The notes: generated by a model not told the origin, from the sequence alone. A DNA stretch of 15,137 nucleotides from an uncultured Chroococcidiopsis sp. (GCA_964248365.1 CAXTYC010000061.1:1-15137); one strand, 5' to 3'. Positions 1-8,641 are shown, counted from the stretch's first letter. Numbers and translations: made by a program.

Positions 1-100
1 ACAGTGGCAGGTTGGGCAAGATGGCAGAGCTTCCGGCATGAGTCAACGCGCCAATGATAGTTCACTATTCTCATCTTATCCTTTCCTTTTGAGGACTACC
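1..100 (-). mobile_element. Left end of an IS1-family element (partial, runs off the window)
   Basis: The minus strand begins GGTAGTCCTCAAAAGG at 100, a GGTAGT-type end typical of cyanobacterial IS1. ATG at 39 gives MPEALPSCPTCHC, a CxxC zinc-ribbon start like IS1 InsA. Confidence 0.7.
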
Positions 101-570
101 TTCGCTGGTACTGTAAATCAAAAGTTTTCTCCCAGTCTGGTAGGTATTTAAATTCCTCTTCGGCTACTTTAATACCAATTAACATTTCTTTAACTAAACG
201 AGTATATGATTGGTCTAACTGAACAGCTTGGTTTGAGCAATTTCTTATCTTTCTTAAAGCTGTTTCATACGTATGCAACCGTTCATTATATATATCAGAA
301 GCCGCAACTAATTTAGCTAAATTACTTATTTTAATATATCGCTGGTCAAGCTCTTCAATTTCATCTAAAATTCGCAAGTGTTCTTGAATAATAGGAACTA
401 GTTGTAGATCTGTGGTTAGCTTGTAATTATTTTTTACTCCCTGTATTATCACAGATTATACTAGATTTGATACATGAGCTATAGAGTAGTTTTGAGAAAA
501 ATAGTCTAGCTCAACAATATTAGTCTCTTTATAATATATAATAATTGGAATAGTAAATGTATATAGCCAT
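96..570 (-). pseudogene. Degraded hypothetical gene, 3' end cut by IS1
   Basis: RBS AAGGAG precedes ATG at 570. One base out of register, the frame LYTFTIPIIIYYKETNIVELDYFSQNYSIAHVSNLV*SVIIQGVKNN runs into ORF 96..452 through one internal TAA. The terminal TAG at 96-98 lies inside the IS1 end. Confidence 0.55.
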
Positions 571-698
571 GACTCCTTCTTCACAGATACACTAGAGTCA
601 TATTTTAGACTTTTCATACATCCTCTAAATGCTGCTGCGTAAATTGGGCGATCCTGATGATTCAGAGGATCATCGTGCTTAATTTTGAATTTCTCCAG

Positions 699-2084
699 TT
701 AAGTTGACAATGCCTTAGCGCGCTTGTATACTTGCCCCATGATATAGGTGGCATGAATAGAGCGATCATCACCTAACACAATCGAGGTGAATAGTTGCTC
801 TGCTAGTGCTTCAATTGAGGTTGGCGTTACGTCTTTATTGCGCAATGCCAACAGATCGGTTGAGTGCAGATCCAAAACAATAAAATCTGCTTCTTTCCCA
901 GGCTCGAAGTTACCGATTTTATTATCCAAATTCAGCGCTCTAGCTCCTCCTAATGTTGCTAGAAAAAGAGCTTGAAAAGGGGATAGTTTTTGTCGTCGAA
1001 GTTGAGCAACTTTGTATGCTTCCAAAGCAGTTTGCAAGATAGAAAAGCTGGTTCCTGCTCCTACATCTGTTCCTAACCCCAATTTTACTGGATGTTCAAC
1101 GGATTTCGCTTGTTCAATTTTAAATAATCCACTACCTAAAAATAAGTTGGAAGTTGGGCAAAAGGCGATTGCTGCTTTTACTTCTGACAAACGTTGGAAC
1201 TCTTGATCGGTTAATTGTACGCCATGAGCAAATACAGAGCGATCGCGTACTAATCCCGCTTGCTCGTAAACATCTAAATAACCGCTACATTGGGGAAAAA
1301 GTTTTTTCACCCAAGCGACTTCTTCCTGATTTTCTGATAGGTGAGTGTGCAAATAAACATCAGGAAACTCATCTAACAATTTTCCGGCTAAGCGCAACTG
1401 CTCATCACTAGAGGTAATAGCAAATCTAGGCGTTACAGCATACAGTAAACGTCCCTTTTTATGCCATTTTTGAATCAGTTGTTTGCTTTGTTGATATGAC
1501 GATTCTGGTGTATCTTGAAGCGAGTCTGGAGCGTTTCGATCCATCATCACCTTACCTGCAATCATCCGCAGATTGCGGATGTGTGCTGACTCAAAAAAAG
1601 CCTCGACCGATTCTGGATAAACAGCAGCAAATACTAGCGCGGTTGTAGTTCCGTTTCTGAGCAACTCATCTAGAAAAATAGATGCTATTTTCTGAGCGTA
1701 AGCTTTATCTTTAAATTTTTGCTCGGTGGGAAAGGTATATTTAGTTAGCCATTCTAGAAGTTGTTCCCCGTATGCAGCAATCATTTCAGTTTGGGGAAAA
1801 TGAATATGTGTATCGATGAATCCAGGCATACACAACATTTTAGGATAAGCTGTGATTGGAATTCCTGAATATTTATCTTTCAAAAATTCATAGCTTCCCA
1901 GTTCTTTTACTTTGCCATTTTCTAAAATAAGTAATCCATCAAATATATAACGAACGCACTTTGTTTGAGACACATAAAATGGATCGTCAACAAAATCTAT
2001 AAAAGAACTGCGAAATGCTCGAAGGGAATTATTTGAAGATTGAACATTTAACATTTGTACGGGTAGGTTCACCAATAATTTCAA
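699..2084 (-). CDS. guaD: Guanine deaminase (amidohydrolase family); true start may be ATG at 2054
   Basis: Motifs PGFIDTHIHFPQ, GEQLLEWL..YTFP.E, NGTTTALVF, YAVTPRFA, HTHLSEN, FCPTSNLFLGSG, LGTDVGAGTS, ATLGGA and GKEADF. Confidence 0.95.
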   Translation of the reverse strand: MKLLVNLPVQMLNVQSSNNSLRAFRSSFIDFVDDPFYVSQTKCVRYIFDGLLILENGKVKELGSYEFLKDKYSGIPITAYPKMLCMPGFIDTHIHFPQTEMIAAYGEQLLEWLTKYTFPTEQKFKDKAYAQKIASIFLDELLRNGTTTALVFAAVYPESVEAFFESAHIRNLRMIAGKVMMDRNAPDSLQDTPESSYQQSKQLIQKWHKKGRLLYAVTPRFAITSSDEQLRLAGKLLDEFPDVYLHTHLSENQEEVAWVKKLFPQCSGYLDVYEQAGLVRDRSVFAHGVQLTDQEFQRLSEVKAAIAFCPTSNLFLGSGLFKIEQAKSVEHPVKLGLGTDVGAGTSFSILQTALEAYKVAQLRRQKLSPFQALFLATLGGARALNLDNKIGNFEPGKEADFIVLDLHSTDLLALRNKDVTPTSIEALAEQLFTSIVLGDDRSIHATYIMGQVYKRAKALST

Positions 2085-2123
2085 TTTACAACAAATAATT
2101 CAAATAAACTCGTACTTATTTTA

Positions 2124-3551
2124 TTATTTGTGGAAACGTACTGCCATAAATATGAAACGAGCGATAAAAATTCCGGCAATGATCCAGGTTCCGCGTGGTA
2201 CTTCGCTTGCTTTACCTTGAAAGGTTTTTATCAGTGGATAGGAAACAAAACCAAATGCTAACCCCTCAGCGATCGAGTAAGTTAACGGAATCATAAAAAT
2301 TGTCAAAAACGCTGGTATCGCCTCTGCCATATCCTCCCAGCGAATTTCTCTCACCTCAGCTAACATCATAGCTCCCACAATTACCAAGGTAGGTGTGGTT
2401 GCAAAGGCTGGAATAGCTTGAATAATCGGAATAAAAAACAAGGCAACGACAAATAATATAGCGACAACTAAAGCTGTAAATCCGGTGCGTCCTCCTTCCG
2501 CCACACCCGCGACAGATTCAACGTATGTCGTAACACTGGAAGTGCCAAACAATGGACCCACAGTTGTAGCCACTGCATCTGCCATTAGTGCTTTATTAGC
2601 TCGTGGAAGTTGACCATCAGCACCAATGTAACCTGCTCGCATTCCCACGCCTGTAAGTGTGCCGATTGTGTCAAAAATATCCACAAACAGAAAGACAAAC
2701 AAAACTGCTACCCAATTTACGAAGTTTTGGGCGTTGAGGTGAACTAGTCCGGCGATCGCTTGTCCAAATAGGTCTCTGGGAATTTCAGGTAGGGCAAATA
2801 CTCCTTTGGGTGGAGGCGAAACTGAAGTTATCCATGCTAATAAAGCTGTTGCCAAAATTCCGAAAAGTAAAGCACCTTTAACACGGCGCACGACAAAAGC
2901 AGACGTAATCAATAGCCCAATCACTGCTATCATCGTATTCGGTTGAGCGAGGCTACCAAAGCCTGTTTTTGTTGCTTCGTTGGCGACAATCAAACCCGCT
3001 CCACCTGTAGCCACATTGCCCGATAAACCGATATAGGCAATAAACATCCCAATACCGCCTGCGGTTGCGTGTTTGAGCGATGCTGGAATTGCTTCGATTA
3101 GCAAACGCCGAATATCGGTGAATGTGAGGATAATAAATATAATGCCTTGGATAAACACACAAGACAAGGCTAGCCGCCAATCGATCTTGAGTCCCAATAC
3201 CACAGAAAAGGCAAAAAAAGCGTTGGTTCCCATACCAGGAGCCAAACCGAAAGGATAGTTAGCAAATATTGCCATGCAGAACGTACCAACCGCCGCTGCA
3301 ATTACAGTTGCAACTGCCAATTGGGAGAATAAATCTCCTGATTTTTCTAAAAAGATAGCATTTGAAAGAATAATCGGGTTCACGACGAGGATGTAACCCA
3401 TTGTCATGAAAGTGGTTACACCCGCTAAAATCTCGGTTTTGAAATTGGTTTTGTAGAAATCAAACTGGAAAAAGTTGGCGAGTTTCGCCTGCCACCCAGT
3501 ATAAGATGGGTTTGGTGGGCTTGGTCTGTGAAATTCTAATTCATTACTCAT
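2124..3551 (-). CDS. NCS2-family (AzgA/PbuG/GhxP-like) guanine/hypoxanthine/adenine permease
   Basis: Motifs EILAGVTTFMTMGYILVVNP, APGMG.NAFFAF, DIFDTIGTL, GTSSVTTYVES.AGVAEGGRTG and PLTYSIAEG; many hydrophobic transmembrane segments. Confidence 0.93.
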   Translation of the reverse strand: MSNELEFHRPSPPNPSYTGWQAKLANFFQFDFYKTNFKTEILAGVTTFMTMGYILVVNPIILSNAIFLEKSGDLFSQLAVATVIAAAVGTFCMAIFANYPFGLAPGMGTNAFFAFSVVLGLKIDWRLALSCVFIQGIIFIILTFTDIRRLLIEAIPASLKHATAGGIGMFIAYIGLSGNVATGGAGLIVANEATKTGFGSLAQPNTMIAVIGLLITSAFVVRRVKGALLFGILATALLAWITSVSPPPKGVFALPEIPRDLFGQAIAGLVHLNAQNFVNWVAVLFVFLFVDIFDTIGTLTGVGMRAGYIGADGQLPRANKALMADAVATTVGPLFGTSSVTTYVESVAGVAEGGRTGFTALVVAILFVVALFFIPIIQAIPAFATTPTLVIVGAMMLAEVREIRWEDMAEAIPAFLTIFMIPLTYSIAEGLAFGFVSYPLIKTFQGKASEVPRGTWIIAGIFIARFIFMAVRFHK

Positions 3552-3661
3552 TTAAACTAAATTCCTCAAATTCTAATTACCCACTGGCTGGCAGTTTTTT
3601 AAGTATTTACTTATCTTGCATATTTTTTCGTTTTATGCTAAACAAATGTGAACGGCGATCG

Positions 3662-4711
3662 CTACGCCGTAAAAGATCGCCCCAGACCTAGTTTGGCTAA
3701 TCCCTTACGATACGCGATCGAGCTTTTATCACCTGCGATGTGTACTTCATCTTGCAGAACCAGCGGCAGATCTTCGGGATACTGCTGTTCTACAATTGCT
3801 TTATCTTCGGCAAACACTTGATGATTGAAATCAAGCGTGTCTTGTAGCGGAGCGTCTTTGTCAAAATTCCGGCAAATTGGCACAAATAGGCGGGTTTTCC
3901 GAGCAGAAATCGGTGAAGCTGCGTTGAGAATGTGAAGTTGTCCGTTGGGAAAGAAAACAGTCAGCTTTGCTGTGAACGGAAGCCAAACTTCAAACAGCCT
4001 GCGCCATAAAAAACCAGGGGGATTTCCATGCTTGAGGCTGAGCGGGTAATTGCTAACTGTGCTAACATAATCGGCACGGAATCCATGTGGGGTAGGCTCA
4101 ACTGAGTAATCTGGAACTTCTGGGTTATCAGGTTCACCAAACGAATCTGTGTGAATGAAAGCAAAATGACTGACATCAAGGAAACCTTCGACTTGACGAC
4201 CAGCCGCCGCATCCAAATCAACCTTATCAGGTAGAACACGAATATATTCTGGATCGTCCCACTCATTAAATTCGGGTAACTCGGTTAAACCGTCTACCAG
4301 CCGCACCCAAACTAATCCATAACGTTCGATCACACTAAAAGTCGTCAGTTTTAGTCTGGATGGAATAGCTGCATCGGGTTGAGCGGGAATGCAGGTACAT
4401 TGACCGTGCTTGTCATAGCGGACACCGTGATATCTACAGACAATTTCGTCATCCTCAACCCAACCAAGACTTAATGGCGCACCACGATGTAAACAGATAT
4501 CCCGTGCAGCAAAAACCGAACCAGATTTAAGCCGGAAAAGCACAATCCGCTCATCTAGCAGCCGCGCCGCATAAGGCTTGTTTGTAATTTCGTGGGAAAA
4601 AGCAACCGGATACCAAAACGGTGCAAGTGCTTTCCAATCGTTTTCACTAAAGGTGCAATTGCGCGGCAAGGTTATAGTTGAATTACCTGGTAATTCTTCA
4701 GTTTTATACAT
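3662..4711 (-). CDS. hpxD: Rieske non-heme iron oxygenase (VanA-like fold), probable HpxD-type (hypo)xanthine hydroxylase
   Basis: Rieske ligands CLH...CRYH, mononuclear iron motif EGFLDVSHFAFIH and distal FAED. Segments NCTF..DW, GRQVEGFLDV.HFA.IHTD, NAASP.S and DKSSIAYR.GL match my recollection of Klebsiella HpxD. The purine gene context agrees. The family call is firm; the symbol is tentative. Confidence 0.8.
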   Translation of the reverse strand: MYKTEELPGNSTITLPRNCTFSENDWKALAPFWYPVAFSHEITNKPYAARLLDERIVLFRLKSGSVFAARDICLHRGAPLSLGWVEDDEIVCRYHGVRYDKHGQCTCIPAQPDAAIPSRLKLTTFSVIERYGLVWVRLVDGLTELPEFNEWDDPEYIRVLPDKVDLDAAAGRQVEGFLDVSHFAFIHTDSFGEPDNPEVPDYSVEPTPHGFRADYVSTVSNYPLSLKHGNPPGFLWRRLFEVWLPFTAKLTVFFPNGQLHILNAASPISARKTRLFVPICRNFDKDAPLQDTLDFNHQVFAEDKAIVEQQYPEDLPLVLQDEVHIAGDKSSIAYRKGLAKLGLGRSFTA

Positions 4712-4747
4712 CGCTTGTATTTTAAAATAATATACTAATCGATGTTA

Positions 4748-4789
4748 AAGATATGACGTTTATATAAGGCTTTCTGTGTAATCAAATAC
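4748..4789 (-). promoter_or_regulatory. NtcA-activated promoter of the Rieske-permease-guaD operon
   Basis: Minus strand GTA-TTTGATTA-CAC (4789-4776, one mismatch to GTA-N8-TAC), then exactly 22 nt, then TATCTT (TAN3T, 4753-4748), 36 nt upstream of the ATG. Confidence 0.7.
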
Positions 4790-4824
4790 TTATTAATTTC
4801 CCAATATCTAAAATTCATCACAAC

Positions 4825-4981
4825 TATAGCAATCTTAGATGATTGGTAAAAATCTCTCATTAACTTTTATCTTTGCTTTCCTGGGGTTTAAACCCCAGGC
4901 TATGCGCCTAATCTACGAGAAGGCTACGCCAATGCGGTTCGTTAAAAAAGCCTATTTCACACATCAAATAGGCTCGCTATA
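4825..4981. mobile_element. Degenerate MITE-like dispersed repeat with nested palindrome
   Basis: Imperfect terminal inverted repeats TATAGCAATCTTAGATGATTGGTAAAA versus reverse-complemented TATAGCGAGCCTATTTGATGTGTGAAA (19/27 identical). Internal perfect 20-bp palindrome CCTGGGGTTTAAACCCCAGG at 4880-4899. Confidence 0.55.
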
Positions 4982-5118
4982 TAAGATAGCAGCAAGAAAT
5001 ACAAATACAATTTAATAGACGTGTTGCATAAGTATAATTTTCAGGCGGCATATACTGCACTTCAAGCCGCTTAAGCACTTGCTAGACACGAAGAAGATCG
5101 CTAATTCAGTAAAAAAAT

Positions 5119-5160
5119 GTATATGAATATACATAAGATCTATGTAAATTTTGCTAGTCT
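5119..5160 (+). promoter_or_regulatory. NtcA-activated promoter of the porin gene
   Basis: Perfect GTA-TATGAATA-TAC (5119-5132) within ATGTATAT..ATATACAT, preceded by an A-tract. After exactly 22 nt comes TAGTCT (5155-5160) with an extended TG. RBS GAGGA at 5191-5195. Confidence 0.85.
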
Positions 5161-5198
5161 GACGCTGCATTAAAATATGCTGACTGGTGTGAGGATAA

Positions 5199-7049
5199 AT
5201 GGGAAAATTGTTTTGGCAAGGATTGCTGATATATCTAAGTATATTGACATATAATTGCTGCACTGGTGCTGCGATCGCCACCGAAATTAATCACAACAAA
5301 GCAACTAACACCGATAAAATTCAAATTGATTCTATACTCTTAGCTCAGACAACGACATTAACACCATCCCCCGTCAAAGAATCAGAAGTAAATAATAGCT
5401 CAATGGCGCAAGTAACATCTGTGTCTCAATTATCAGATGTTCAACCCACAGATTGGGCATTTCTTGCACTACAGTCTTTAGTAGAACGATACGGTTGCAT
5501 TGCTGGGTATCCTGATAGCACTTTTCGAGGAAACCGTGCTTTAACAAGGTATGAATTTGCTGCTGGATTAAATAGCTGTTTAGAGCGAGTAAATGAACTA
5601 ATTGCAACAACCAACACAGTTAATAAACAAGATTTAATCATTATCCAACGGCTACAAAACGAATTCGCCGCCGAAATCACCACGTTGCGCGGTCGTGTAG
5701 ATGCTTTAGAAGCGCAAACAGCCGAATTAGAAGCAAACCAATTTTCGACCACAACTAAATTAACTGGTCTAGTTTGGGGTAATATCACTGGAGCTTTTGC
5801 AGATGGAGATGTTCGATTAGAGTCAGCAGATTTATCACCGCCTACTCGCTTTGGTGGAGTTGTAGCCAGAAGAGGAGGACGAAATGCAGCGACTGGTAGA
5901 CCTGTTATACAAACCAGAACAGATGATCCTAACATTACCTTTAGCGATCTTTTGTGGTTAAATTTTAATACCTCTTTTAGTGGTAAAGACAGCCTTGTAG
6001 TGCAGCTAGCAGCAGGTAACGGTGACTCTCCTGCTAATCAGTTTACATCAGCCGGTCTTTACAACACTTTTGGCGTACCTTTTTTTGACCAAACTGCTGG
6101 GATACAAGGACAGGGTAATAATGTGGTTATCCGCGAGTTATTTTACAGCTTTCCTGTTAGCAACACCTTTGAGGTAGTGGTAGGTCCTAGAATTAATTGG
6201 TATCGCTATTTTGATAATAACGCTTTTACATTTATTCTTACAGGGGCAAACAGTTTCAATTCTAATGGTAGTACGTTATTAAATGCAATTGATCGAGGTT
6301 CTGGAGCGGCGGTAATTTGGAAATTGAGTAAACAGTTGCGCTTTGCGGCTGCTTATTTAGGTGAAAATACAGAATTTTTATCCAGATCTATTGCACCTGG
6401 GTATAATACTGCTAGCGATCCAAATTTTGGGTTATTTGGTGGTACTTATACAGCAACAGCCGAGTTAACTTTTTCACCGAGCGATCGCTTTAACCTCAGA
6501 CTAATATATAATCGTTCTCGGATTCAACAAATTAACGGTGTAATTGGCGGTGCAACAGGAGAACCAATTTATGGAGTTGCAGACGATGGTGTATCAGCTA
6601 TTTTCGACCCTGCTACAGGTCAAGTAGCAAATGGTGGATTAGACAGTTCTACCGCTGATACTTATGGTGTTAATTTTGATTGGTTAATCGCTTCTGGCTT
6701 TGGGATTTTTGGGCGCTATACTTATGGTAGTACTCACCTCAAACCAATTGACGAAGATATTAATGCTCAAGCAGTTCAAGCGGGAATTGCCTTTCCTGAT
6801 TTAGGTAAAAAAGGAGCATTGTTAACACTTTCTTATGTCATCCCCTTCTCAATTTTGGACGGTCGGAATTTCTTGGTGTCTGGTGGTGGTAATGGTGGTG
6901 TACAATATGAATTTGAAGCAAATTACTACTTTCCACTAACTGATAATATTGCCCTTGTTCCAGCGTTTTACCTAATTGCCAACCCGAATAACTTCAGCGA
7001 CAACCCGAATATATATGTAGGAAATTTACGGGCGCAATTTAGTTTTTAA
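5199..7049 (+). CDS. Cyanobacterial outer-membrane porin, SLH + coiled coil + OprB-type barrel
   Basis: Signal peptide. MAQVTSVSQLSDVQPTDWAF.ALQSLVERYGCIAGYPD..FRGNRALTRYEFAAGLN is the SLH region, followed by LEANQFSTTTKL and a C-terminal RAQFSF beta-signal. Confidence 0.95.
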   Translation: MGKLFWQGLLIYLSILTYNCCTGAAIATEINHNKATNTDKIQIDSILLAQTTTLTPSPVKESEVNNSSMAQVTSVSQLSDVQPTDWAFLALQSLVERYGCIAGYPDSTFRGNRALTRYEFAAGLNSCLERVNELIATTNTVNKQDLIIIQRLQNEFAAEITTLRGRVDALEAQTAELEANQFSTTTKLTGLVWGNITGAFADGDVRLESADLSPPTRFGGVVARRGGRNAATGRPVIQTRTDDPNITFSDLLWLNFNTSFSGKDSLVVQLAAGNGDSPANQFTSAGLYNTFGVPFFDQTAGIQGQGNNVVIRELFYSFPVSNTFEVVVGPRINWYRYFDNNAFTFILTGANSFNSNGSTLLNAIDRGSGAAVIWKLSKQLRFAAAYLGENTEFLSRSIAPGYNTASDPNFGLFGGTYTATAELTFSPSDRFNLRLIYNRSRIQQINGVIGGATGEPIYGVADDGVSAIFDPATGQVANGGLDSSTADTYGVNFDWLIASGFGIFGRYTYGSTHLKPIDEDINAQAVQAGIAFPDLGKKGALLTLSYVIPFSILDGRNFLVSGGGNGGVQYEFEANYYFPLTDNIALVPAFYLIANPNNFSDNPNIYVGNLRAQFSF

Positions 7050-7070
7050 AGGGTCATTTATAACAGGCGC

Positions 7071-7091
7071 GCTATTAGCTATTAGCTATTA
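7071..7091. repeat. Heptamer tandem repeat (GCTATTA)x3, STRR-like
   Basis: gctatta gctatta gctatta downstream of the porin stop codon. Confidence 0.6.
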
Positions 7092-7140
7092 TCCCTCTTC
7101 TGTCACTTTCCGAGTAGAATGAATAAAGGAAATAGAAGAT

Positions 7141-8295
7141 GGGAGCATATCAGTTTTGCAAGCCGATTAAGCCATTGAGGTAGGCACAACGATGTGCCAG
7201 CACTTGTGGAACATTTTCGCTATTCCACTGTGCGCCGGAAATTTGAATCCGGCGGTCAATCTGTTTGATGGCAGACTCAACAGTACCGGAACCAATGGCG
7301 CAAAGCTGTTCAGCTTGAAAGTAGTCATAATTGACAATGGGATGTTGGTGTTTGCGTAAATATTGACAAAAATTTTGTGCCTGTTTTTTCTGGCAATTCT
7401 CAAACAAGACTTGGGTATCATCCACCCGACCTTTCCACAGCAAGGCTTCCGCCTGCTTGAGGCGCTTGATTGACCCGCCCACCTGGAGAGAGATTTTCTT
7501 TGAGATGATACCAATTGAGAATTTCCTGTCGTTGGTTGCCTAGTGCAAGTTGCTGCACTATGTTCCAAACGCCATCATGCCCATCTCCCAGACAAGTGAT
7601 TGGATTACTCAGGGGTTGAGCATTCACCCATTCAATCAGTTGTGCATTATTTTGGAAGTTGGCGATGATGCCAGAGTCGGTGGCAATAGCTTTGTAGTCT
7701 CGCCATTGACAAGCAAGCTTGGGCGGGCGTGCGCCCAGCACCTTGCCGCCATCAACGCACAATTCCTCCAGGGGTTCATCGGCGTTAGGTAAGGGAAACG
7801 TCTGACGATGCACCAAACGCTGCTGGGTTTTGGCTGGAATGCGAATGCCTACCAGGTAAGCAATATCTTGTTCCGCTTGCGCGTAGGAGACATTCGCACT
7901 CAGGCGCTCTCCAGCAGTTTTCTAGATGCGGACTCAATTGGCGGTAAGATTGAACCGCTAGCTTCTGTGCTTGCCGAGTCGTGATTTCTATCTCCCCCAA
8001 GCTACTTTTCAGTCTTCGGCGCTTGCCTACTTGCGTTCCTGTGACAGTTTGGATAAAAAACGCCCTAATTCTGAACTCACATGCGTCTGGATTTGCTGCC
8101 GCACAGTCAATTCGATCCCTGAAGCGCGTTTTCATTGCTTCTCGATCGCTTTCGTCATATAAGATTTGAGCAATCGCTTTGAGGTGGGATTTGAGGGCTT
8201 GTTCTTGTTCGGGAGTCATAGGGGTGGCAGTTGCAACAATTGATTGTCTTGATCCTGAACGATTTTGGCTCACTGTGCAAAGGTGACATACTCCC
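7141..8295 (-). mobile_element. ISKra4-family insertion sequence (inactive)
   Basis: Terminal inverted repeats GGGAGCATATCAGTTTTGCA (7141-7160) and TGCAAAGGTGACATACTCCC (8276-8295), 16/20 match. AT lies on both flanks. Confidence 0.85.
7150..8219 (-). pseudogene. ISKra4 transposase with several frameshifts
   Basis: Fragments MTPEQEQALKSHLKAIAQILY, LCVDGGKV, CLGDGHDGVWN, WYHLKENL and IGSGTVESAIKQIDRRIQISGAQW are spread over different frames. Confidence 0.85.
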
Positions 8296-8503
8296 ATGTA
8301 TATATTTTAGGTTGAGTGCTATTTTTTGTTAGAATGACATCAGGATTTAATAAATCATATTTATCATACTCTTGCTCAGATATTAGTAGGCAATTATCAT
8401 AATCAGAAAACTTACCAGGAGGTAAGTTACATAAAACTACACCATTGTTTTGGATATTTTTTATTTGTCTTTTTCTGATTAGAGATTGATATAGCTTTTT
8501 CAT
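8296..8503 (-). pseudogene. Small AT-rich hypothetical gene interrupted by ISKra4
   Basis: GAGG RBS before ATG at 8503. The ORF reads into the IS end at 8295. A possible C-terminal continuation lies at 7138-7089. Confidence 0.4.
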
Positions 8504-8582
8504 AATAAAACCTCAAACTGTTACAGAGAAAGGATGGTTTTAATTTAATTTCATTCAATTCAAACTGTATTTGCAGCAGATG

Positions 8583-8624
8583 AAAAAATTTTCCACCTGG
8601 CTTGGTAGCAGCCAGGGCGGAAAA
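8583..8624 (-). terminator. Intrinsic terminator after the P450 gene
   Basis: Minus strand TTTTCCGCCCTGGCT-GCTACCA-AGCCAGGTGGAAAA hairpin followed by TTTTTT, starting 17 nt after the stop codon. Confidence 0.7.
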
Positions 8625-8641
8625 ATTGTGAGATAGCTAGA

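Noticed and set aside
649..678. Hairpin GATCCTGA...TCAGAGGATC after guaD as a terminator
   Set aside because: The stem is bulged and has no clear U-tract on the minus strand. It is possible but unsupported.
3552..3661. Possible purine riboswitch or internal NtcA site between the Rieske and permease genes
   Set aside because: The region is AT-rich with no recognisable aptamer stems. AAGTATTTACTT is GTA-N2-TAC, which is the wrong spacing for NtcA.
3662..4711. Saxitoxin (SxtT/SxtH/GxtA) or caffeine N-demethylase assignment
   Set aside because: These share the fold, but no other sxt or ndm genes are present. The motifs and context fit HpxD better.
787..5935. Short antisense or alternate-frame ORFs (787..975, 1012..1206, 1154..1411, 2953..3180, 3073..3258, 3506..3691, 3961..4266, 5012..5281, 5374..5610, 5441..5935)
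   Set aside because: They overlap well-supported genes or promoters and have no recognisable motifs, so they are shadow ORFs.
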